From the NCBI GenBank assembly GCA_034521595.1, contig JAXHMG010000003.1, positions 1,376,001 through 1,440,000 of the forward strand: DNA of 64,000 nucleotides, given 5' to 3'. Shown in pieces: positions 57,770 to 64,000 of the stretch. The DNA comes from Gemmatimonadota bacterium (GTDB lineage: Bacteria; Gemmatimonadota; Gemmatimonadetes; Longimicrobiales; Gaopeijiaceae). A program made the position numbers and the translations under genes. The notes below the pieces were generated by a model, which saw only the letters and a list, made by a program, of their open reading frames with translations, was not told the origin of the DNA and did no database searches. Numbering within the stretch: position 1 is the stretch's first letter; each line of letters begins with the position of its first letter.

Positions 57770-58750
57770 TCATGGCGTGAACCGGAGCGAGAGCGAGCCG
57801 AACGGGGTCCCTTCCTCCGGGTCGAACGTCGACCCAGCCCCCCCGGGCACCGGCGCGTATCCGTCCGCCCATCCCCCTTCGACCGAGAGCTGGAGGAGCA
57901 GAAAGTTCAGCGCCGCTCCCACGAAGTACAGCTTCCTTTCGGCGTCGACCGACGACGAGACGCGCACGGATTCACCCCCCGCGCCGGGCACTTCCAGCAC
58001 GGCGTCCGCGGCGGCGTCCTCCCACCCGACGCCCGCGAGCACGCCGAGCCCGAAGAGGTCCTTGCCCACGGTCGCCCGGAGCGAGGTCACGGCCGGATCC
58101 ACCTCGAGCCTGGCGGGATCACCGAGCGAGGGGTCCCCCATCTCGAAAGAGCCGACGAACCGCCGCGCGACCGACACGCTCACACCGGGCAGCGTGAACG
58201 ACTCGCGAAGCAGGCCCACCCGGACTCCGACCGATGCGCCCGTCACGTTCCCCTGAAAGCCCTGGGAGGACGGAGGCATGACGAGCCCGGCCGAGCCGAA
58301 CACGTCCAGGGAGAACACCCCGCCGACGGTCGCGAGCGGCGAGAAGCCGTCCAGGATCCCCGCCGCGACCGCGAGATTCAGCGACGGCACCATGAACGAG
58401 ACTTCCGGAGCCCGTCCCGGACCCTGATCGAAGATGTCGGGCATTCCCACCGACATCCCCCCGGCGCGGAACGCGGCGGTGAACCGCGGCTGATTCCCGA
58501 TCCTGCGCCCGAGCGTGGACGAGGATCCCGCGATCTCCGAGCCCCATCCCACGAGCAGGCTCCCCTCGCCCGTGAGCGTCCGGGCGCCGACGGCGACGTC
58601 GGTGCACCGGTTCAGATTCCCCCCGAGCTCCACGCATCGGCCGCGGAGCTGTCCGGGCGTTTGGGCGCTCACGGCTTCGGCCATGAGAAGGGCGAGACAG
58701 ACCGCACAGGCCGACATCAACCGGCTCGCGCCGCACCGGCCCAAGGTCAT
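57770..58750 (-). CDS. Hypothetical outer-membrane beta-barrel-like protein
   Basis: Signal peptide (..AVSA-Q); alternating amphipathic strands; C-terminal FGSLSLRF. Confidence 0.6.
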   Translation of the reverse strand: MTLGRCGASRLMSACAVCLALLMAEAVSAQTPGQLRGRCVELGGNLNRCTDVAVGARTLTGEGSLLVGWGSEIAGSSSTLGRRIGNQPRFTAAFRAGGMSVGMPDIFDQGPGRAPEVSFMVPSLNLAVAAGILDGFSPLATVGGVFSLDVFGSAGLVMPPSSQGFQGNVTGASVGVRVGLLRESFTLPGVSVSVARRFVGSFEMGDPSLGDPARLEVDPAVTSLRATVGKDLFGLGVLAGVGWEDAAADAVLEVPGAGGESVRVSSSVDAERKLYFVGAALNFLLLQLSVEGGWADGYAPVPGGAGSTFDPEEGTPFGSLSLRFTP

Positions 58751-59775
58751 TGGTAGCGCACTCCCGATCCGGGCACGACCGAGCCGATCTCGGCCGCGCC
58801 GACGTCCGCCGCCTCCGCGGCTGCGATCACGGCCCCCGCGTCGTTCGGGCGGGTCACGACGACCATGCCCACGCCCATGTTGAACACCCGGTCCATCTCC
58901 TCGCGCGCGACGTTTCCCGCCTCCTGGAGCGTGCGGAAGACGGTGGGCACCGTCCATGAGCCCGTGCGCACCTCCGCGCCCAAGCCGTCGGGGAGCACGC
59001 GCGGAAGGTTGCCCGGGATGCCGCCGCCCGTCACGTGCGCGAGCCCCCGGATCCGGCCCGCCTCGAGGAGCGGCCGGAGGAGCGGGAGGTAGCTCCGGTG
59101 CACCCGGAGCAGCTCTTCGGCGACCGACCGCCCGGTGCCCGGGAAGTCGTCACTCACCCCGAGGCCCATCACCTCGAAGACGATGCGGCGGGCGAGCGTG
59201 AACCCGTTCGTATGGAGTCCGTTGGACTCGAGCCCCACCAGGACGTCTCCTTCCCGGATCTCCGAGCCGTCGAGAATGCGCCCGTGCGGCACGATGCCGA
59301 CGATGAAGCCCGCCAGGTCGTACTCCTGCTCGGCGTAGAAATCCGGCATCTGGGCCGTCTCCCCGCCGAGCAGAGCGCAGCCGTTCTCCTTGCACGCCAG
59401 GGCGACGCCGTGGACGACGTCGTGCACGACCGCCTCGTCCATCTCTCCCGTGGCGAGGTAATCGAGGAAGAAGAGCGGCTTGGCGCCCTGGACCAGGATG
59501 TCGTTGACGCAGTGGTTCACGAGACACTGCCCCACCGTGTCGTGACGCCCCGCGCGGAACGCGATCTTCAGCTTCGTCCCCACCCCGTCGGCGCTCGACA
59601 CCAGCACGGGCTCGGCGACGTCGTCCGGCACGCGGTAGAGCCCGCCGAAGGCGCCCATCTCGGAGAGGGTGAACCGGTCGCGCGTCGAGGCGACGAGCTC
59701 CTTCAGGCGGTCCTTGGTGCGCTCCGCCGCGTCGAGGTCGACTCCCGCGTCACGGTAGCTCAGGCGGTCGGTCAT
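58747..59775 (-). CDS. purM: Phosphoribosylformylglycinamidine cyclo-ligase
   Basis: YRDAGVD, DGVGTK, GGETA, SNGLHTNG, HVTGGG, FNMG. Confidence 0.97.
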   Translation of the reverse strand: MTDRLSYRDAGVDLDAAERTKDRLKELVASTRDRFTLSEMGAFGGLYRVPDDVAEPVLVSSADGVGTKLKIAFRAGRHDTVGQCLVNHCVNDILVQGAKPLFFLDYLATGEMDEAVVHDVVHGVALACKENGCALLGGETAQMPDFYAEQEYDLAGFIVGIVPHGRILDGSEIREGDVLVGLESNGLHTNGFTLARRIVFEVMGLGVSDDFPGTGRSVAEELLRVHRSYLPLLRPLLEAGRIRGLAHVTGGGIPGNLPRVLPDGLGAEVRTGSWTVPTVFRTLQEAGNVAREEMDRVFNMGVGMVVVTRPNDAGAVIAAAEAADVGAAEIGSVVPGSGVRYQ

Positions 59776-61469
59776 CGGTCTCGCTCCTCCGGGGCGTCAC
59801 GGATCATACGGGTCGGGGCCTCGATGCCCAGCACGGTCAGGCCGTTCCGGAGCACGATTTGCACGGCTCGTGCCAGCGCCAACCGGGCGCCGCGCAAGGC
59901 CGGATCGTCGACGAGCACGGCCAGCTCCGGATTTCTCGTGGGATTGCCCGCATGGTACCAGGAGTTGGCCGTCCCGGCCGTCTCTTCGAGGTAGTCGCAG
60001 AGCACGTGCGGCTGGGCGTGCTCGGCCGCGCGCGCCACGGCCTCGGGGAACTCCCCGAGCCGCTTGAGGAGCTCCCGCTCCGTGTCGGCCCGGAGCACGT
60101 CGAGGTCGAGGTCCGCCGCCGTCACGGTCTCCGGTTCGAGGTCGGCGCGCGCGAAGATCGAGCACATGCGGGCGTGCGCGTACTGGATCTTGTAGACCGG
60201 GTTCTTGTCGGACTGATCGAGCGCCACGTCCAGGTCGAACAGGAGGTGCGCGTCCGGCTTGCGCATCTGGAAGAAGTAGCGGGTCACGTCCACGCCGACC
60301 TCCTCGAAGAGCTCCCTGAGCGTCGTATACGAGCCCGCCCGCTTCGAGAACTTGACCTCCCTGCCCTCACGCTCGACCCGCACCATCTGGTGGAGCACGT
60401 ACTCGGGATAGCCCTCGGGCAGCCCCAGGGCCTGGAGGCCGCTCCGGACCCGCGCGACGGTCCCGTGATGGTCCGCCCCCTGCACGTTGACGACCTTGTG
60501 AAAGGCGCGCTCCCACTTGTTCAGGTGATACGCCACGTCCGGCAGGAAGTAGGTCGGCATGCCGTTGCCGCGGATCATGACGCGGTCCTTCTGGTCGCCG
60601 AACTCGGTCGTGCGCAGCCACGTCGCGCCCTCGTGCTCGTACACCAGCCCGGTCTCGCGCAGCTGGGAGACGGTCTGGTCGACCAGGCCCCGGTCGTAGA
60701 GGGAGGATTCCAGAAAGTACTCGTCGAAGTGGACGCGGAAATCGTGCAGATCCCGGTCCTGCTCGTCCCGCAGCATCGCGACCGCGAAGTGACGAACCAC
60801 GTCCAGGGCTTCGTCCGAGTCGTCGTCGAGGTAGCGCTCGCCCACTTCGTCGACGAACGCCTGCGCGATGTCGCGAACGTAGGCGCCCTGGTATCCGCCC
60901 TCGGGCACGGGCTCCGCCCGGCCCAGCAGCTCCCTGTAACGGGCCCGGACGCTGCTCGCGAGGAGCTCCATCTGGCGGCCGCTGTCGTTGTAGTAGAACT
61001 CCCGGTGCACCGCGTGTCCGGTCCACTCCAGGAGCGATGCGATCGCGTCGCCGAGCGCCGCCTGCCGGCCGTGGCCCAGGTGGAGCGGACCGGTCGGGTT
61101 GGCGGAGACGAACTCCACCATGGCCGCCTCCCCGCCCCCGCTGTCCGACCGCCCGTAGGCGTCGTCCGCCTCGAGAATGGTCTCGATCACCGAGGCGACC
61201 GTGCCCGACGACAACCGGAAGTTCAGGAACCCCGGCCCCGCCACCTCGACGGCCTCGACCCCGGCCGCGCCGAGATCCAGACGGTCCGCGATGTCCTGAG
61301 CGATCTCCCTGGGCGCCTTGCGCAAGCGCCCGGCCAGGGTCATCGCCACGTTGCTCGCCAAGTCGCCGTGCGACGGGTCACGGGGCCGCTCGAGTTGGAT
61401 CTCCTCCGGCTCGGCGCCGAGGTCGGAGATGACGGAGCGGAGTGCGCTGCGGATCGCGTCCTCGGCCAC
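59772..61469 (-). CDS. argS: Arginine--tRNA ligase
   Basis: GPGFLN, EFVSANPTGPLHLGH (HIGH), GADHHG, KFSKRAG, QYAHAR. Confidence 0.97.
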   Translation of the reverse strand: MAEDAIRSALRSVISDLGAEPEEIQLERPRDPSHGDLASNVAMTLAGRLRKAPREIAQDIADRLDLGAAGVEAVEVAGPGFLNFRLSSGTVASVIETILEADDAYGRSDSGGGEAAMVEFVSANPTGPLHLGHGRQAALGDAIASLLEWTGHAVHREFYYNDSGRQMELLASSVRARYRELLGRAEPVPEGGYQGAYVRDIAQAFVDEVGERYLDDDSDEALDVVRHFAVAMLRDEQDRDLHDFRVHFDEYFLESSLYDRGLVDQTVSQLRETGLVYEHEGATWLRTTEFGDQKDRVMIRGNGMPTYFLPDVAYHLNKWERAFHKVVNVQGADHHGTVARVRSGLQALGLPEGYPEYVLHQMVRVEREGREVKFSKRAGSYTTLRELFEEVGVDVTRYFFQMRKPDAHLLFDLDVALDQSDKNPVYKIQYAHARMCSIFARADLEPETVTAADLDLDVLRADTERELLKRLGEFPEAVARAAEHAQPHVLCDYLEETAGTANSWYHAGNPTRNPELAVLVDDPALRGARLALARAVQIVLRNGLTVLGIEAPTRMIRDAPEERDR

Positions 61470-61471
61470 GA

Positions 61472-61855
61472 TCAGGAGTCCGGCTTCGTCGACGACGCGC
61501 TCGATTCGCCCTTCTTCTCGCCGCCGCCCCCATCTCCTCCACCCGAGTCACCCCCACCGGTGTCCCCCCCGGACGAGGCTCCGTCTCCCTTGCCGCCGCC
61601 TTCACCCTTGCCCCCGCTTTCGGTGCCACCACCTTCCGCGGCCGGCGCCTCCTTGGACGCCTTCTCGCGGTACTCGTCCGAGCGGTAGTCCGTGATATAG
61701 AAGCCCTCCCCCCGGAAGAGGAAGCCGGCCCCGCCGGAGATCAGACGCTCCGCCGCCGCACCGCACTCTGGGCACGCCGCGGTGGGGTCGTCGGACATCT
61801 TCTGGAAAACCTCGAAGCGGTGCCCGTCCGGGCACCGATACTCGTATGTGGGCAT
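61472..61855 (-). CDS. FmdB family zinc-ribbon protein with Gly/Ser-rich tail
   Basis: MPTYEYRC..GH.FE..CPEC..F.G.GFY.TDY. Confidence 0.88.
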   Translation of the reverse strand: MPTYEYRCPDGHRFEVFQKMSDDPTAACPECGAAAERLISGGAGFLFRGEGFYITDYRSDEYREKASKEAPAAEGGGTESGGKGEGGGKGDGASSGGDTGGGDSGGGDGGGGEKKGESSASSTKPDS

Positions 61856-61910
61856 CGTCGTCGCGACAGGCGTTTCGAGCGAAAAGGGACGGTGGAAATA
61901 GCCGCGAAAG

Positions 61911-63422
61911 TTAATGGTTACGCCGTGAGGCGCCTAGGGTTCGGACGGCTTCGCCGGCGACGAGCTGAACGGACTTGCCCGGCAGCCCGTGCTGGTTCAC
62001 CGCGGCCTGGATGGGAGCGGCCTTGGGCGAAACGGATTCAACCAACTCCTCCACCACGTCCCGGCCCATCCGGAACATGTCGTGGATGTGCGTATAGCCG
62101 AAGCGCGCGCTCCGCCCGGCGAGGCGAAGGTTCTCGAAGCCGTGGAGGTAGTCCAGGATCTGCTCGGCGCGCTCTTCGAAACCCACCTCGAGGATCGGGT
62201 AGGCGAATGGTGCCCGGTAGCTCCGGAACCGGAGCACGTCCTTCTCCCGAAAGAGGCCCGTTTCCTCGAGATCTTCGACCAGCATCCGCTCCAGCTTCCC
62301 CTCCTCCATGCTCCAGGCGGCATCCTCCGGCCCGCAGGGGAGTTCGACCACGATGGCGGTCCGGTCCTCCGGAGCCATGTCCGCGCTCCGGTTCTTCGAC
62401 TCGTAGATGCGTGTGTAGGGGCGATCCGCCTCCGGAAAATACAGGGAGGCATTCCGGGTCAGGTGCGGTCGGTCGAGGCAGAAGACGCCGAGGCGGAGGT
62501 GCCGGTAGCGCATGGACCCGGCCACGTGGAGGAGCTCAGGCGGCGGGGCCGGGTCGAGCAGCCGCAGCACGAGGGTGAGCGGCAGCGTGCTCACCACGAG
62601 GTCCGCCTCCACCTCGCCCGCCCCGTCCACCGTGAAGCTCCGGATGCGCCGGCCGTCGTGCCGGATGCGTGTGATGCGGCTGTCGAGACGGATGTGGTGG
62701 TGGCCGATCTCCTCCGCGAGCCGGTCGAAGATCATTCCGATCCCGTGCCTGGGGTAGTAGAACGAGCCGTCCAGATGGCGGCTGTCGCCGCCGCGCCCGA
62801 GCACGGCTTCGCGGAGGAAGGACCGTAGGTCCAGCCCTTCGAGCCGTCCGCCGGCGATCCCGGGGGAAAGCCGCTCCGTCCGCTCGCCCCACAGCTTCTC
62901 CGAGTACCCCAGGAGGAACGTCTCGGCCAGGGTTCGTCCGTAGCTCCGCACCGCGAGATCCCGGAAGCTTTCGGGCCGCGGGGTCCCGTGCAGCCCACCG
63001 GTGGCGAGGCGTCGGCCCGCGTTCTCCGCGGCGATCCGGGCGAGCATGCGCCACGGGAGCTTGGACGCGAGATCCACCGGAGCGAGGGGAAAGTCGAGGA
63101 ACCGTCCCTTCCAGAAGATCTGACTCGGCGCGTCCACGCCCAGGAGGTCGTCCCCGAGCAGGCGCCGGACCAGGGCGGTCACCGCCGGATCCTTGTCGTG
63201 CAACCGGTGGGCGCCCGTGTCGAAGAGGAACTCCCCGAGCCGCAGCGTGCGGCAGTTGCCGCCGACCCGGCCGTTCGCCTCGTAGAGGGTGAACGGAAGG
63301 CCGACTCGGCCGGCGTGGTGGGCCGTGGCGAGCCCCGCGGGCCCTCCACCCAACACGCTGAGCCGAGGACGACGCAGTGGCGCCGGTCTCGCCCCGGCCG
63401 GGGCATCACGGCTCGACGACAT
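61911..63422 (-). CDS. FAD-dependent oxidoreductase (protoporphyrinogen oxidase / UDP-galactopyranose mutase-like)
   Basis: GGGPAG, E...VGGNCRT, FDTGAH, YSEKLWG, F.YP..G, AYP, GR...F.Y. Confidence 0.8.
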   Translation of the reverse strand: MSSSRDAPAGARPAPLRRPRLSVLGGGPAGLATAHHAGRVGLPFTLYEANGRVGGNCRTLRLGEFLFDTGAHRLHDKDPAVTALVRRLLGDDLLGVDAPSQIFWKGRFLDFPLAPVDLASKLPWRMLARIAAENAGRRLATGGLHGTPRPESFRDLAVRSYGRTLAETFLLGYSEKLWGERTERLSPGIAGGRLEGLDLRSFLREAVLGRGGDSRHLDGSFYYPRHGIGMIFDRLAEEIGHHHIRLDSRITRIRHDGRRIRSFTVDGAGEVEADLVVSTLPLTLVLRLLDPAPPPELLHVAGSMRYRHLRLGVFCLDRPHLTRNASLYFPEADRPYTRIYESKNRSADMAPEDRTAIVVELPCGPEDAAWSMEEGKLERMLVEDLEETGLFREKDVLRFRSYRAPFAYPILEVGFEERAEQILDYLHGFENLRLAGRSARFGYTHIHDMFRMGRDVVEELVESVSPKAAPIQAAVNQHGLPGKSVQLVAGEAVRTLGASRRNH

Positions 63423-63999
63423 ACTCGTAGACCTCCACCTCCGGCCACATCCGGTTCACGTAGGGGTTGTGGTAGAAGGTCGTGTGGTCCGAAGGCTCGA
63501 GCCCCCCGAACGGCACCGCACCTCCCACGCTGACGAGGCGCGCGGGCCCACCCCCGTCCACGAGCTCCTCGAGCGCCTCCACGTCCGTCGGGTCCTCCGC
63601 CGAAAGAAAGGTCCCGGAGACGCCTTGGGCGGAAAAGTAGAAATTCGCCAGCGGGATCGAGAAGACGTGGACCTCCGCTCCTCCGGCCTGCTCCTGCTCC
63701 CGCAGGTACTCCACGACCTGGGCGATGGCGGTGGGCTCGCGGTGCTGGATCACCAGCACGCCGGTGACCGTCACGTAGGCCAGCCCCACCGCCACCAAAG
63801 CCGCGCGCGCGCTCCGGCCCCATCCCTCCACGACCCGAGCCGCGCCCAGAGCCAACGGCAGCAGCACGAAGGGCAGGAGCGGTAGGACGTGGCGGCTCTT
63901 GTGGATGACGTTCTGGTACAGGGCGATCCAGATCAGGTACGTCCCCCAGCTCGCCGCCATCACCCCCATCATTCTTCCCGAAACGACCCTTCGGCCGGC
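63406..63999 (-). CDS. Integral membrane protein, C-terminal part (GT-C-like); frame open to the window edge
   Basis: Hydrophobic helices with a K.RHVLPLLP motif; no stop upstream of 63972, so the gene begins outside the window. Confidence 0.6.
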   Translation of the reverse strand, partial: AGRRVVSGRMMGVMAASWGTYLIWIALYQNVIHKSRHVLPLLPFVLLPLALGAARVVEGWGRSARAALVAVGLAYVTVTGVLVIQHREPTAIAQVVEYLREQEQAGGAEVHVFSIPLANFYFSAQGVSGTFLSAEDPTDVEALEELVDGGGPARLVSVGGAVPFGGLEPSDHTTFYHNPYVNRMWPEVEVYEYVVEP

Positions 64000-64000
64000 C

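Noticed and set aside
61480-61640. Gly/Ser-rich quasi-repeat
   Set aside because: Ordinary low-complexity tail of FmdB-family proteins, not a separate element.

Overview
High-GC (roughly 68-70% by eye) bacterial chromosome segment, mostly housekeeping and envelope genes. Gene content and order (lpxH, mlaFED, Omp85/TamB proteins, an hpf-hprK-mannose-family PTS-ptsI-metK run, a tmRNA tag of ANNNMALAA) suggest a diderm, probably Gemmatimonadota; this is inference only. It carries three RNA genes on the minus strand: tRNA-Sec (1757-1853), tRNA-Ser(UGA) (37651-37734) and tmRNA (38042-38394). It also has selB and a roughly 20 kb minus-strand run from fmdB/argS through the riboflavin genes, nusB, PTS, metK and recO to selB. 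The most unusual structure is non-coding. A unit of about 205-211 bp lies downstream of both tmRNA (1 copy) and tRNA-Ser (about 3.4 tandem copies). Each unit holds a copy of the 3' end of its own neighbouring RNA gene, split at the same T-loop position by a homologous structured insert of 92-93 nt, plus an inverted copy of the T-arm. Other oddities: a GNAT-nitrilase fusion whose catalytic Cys is Ser, head-to-head (16 bp apart) with an amidohydrolase; a zinc-peptidase/beta-propeller/Omp85 fusion; a patchwork region (30.6-36.9 kb) with gene remnants; and an acyl-CoA synthetase with no canonical start. No CRISPR array, integrase or transposase was seen. All calls come from reading motifs by eye; no database search was run.
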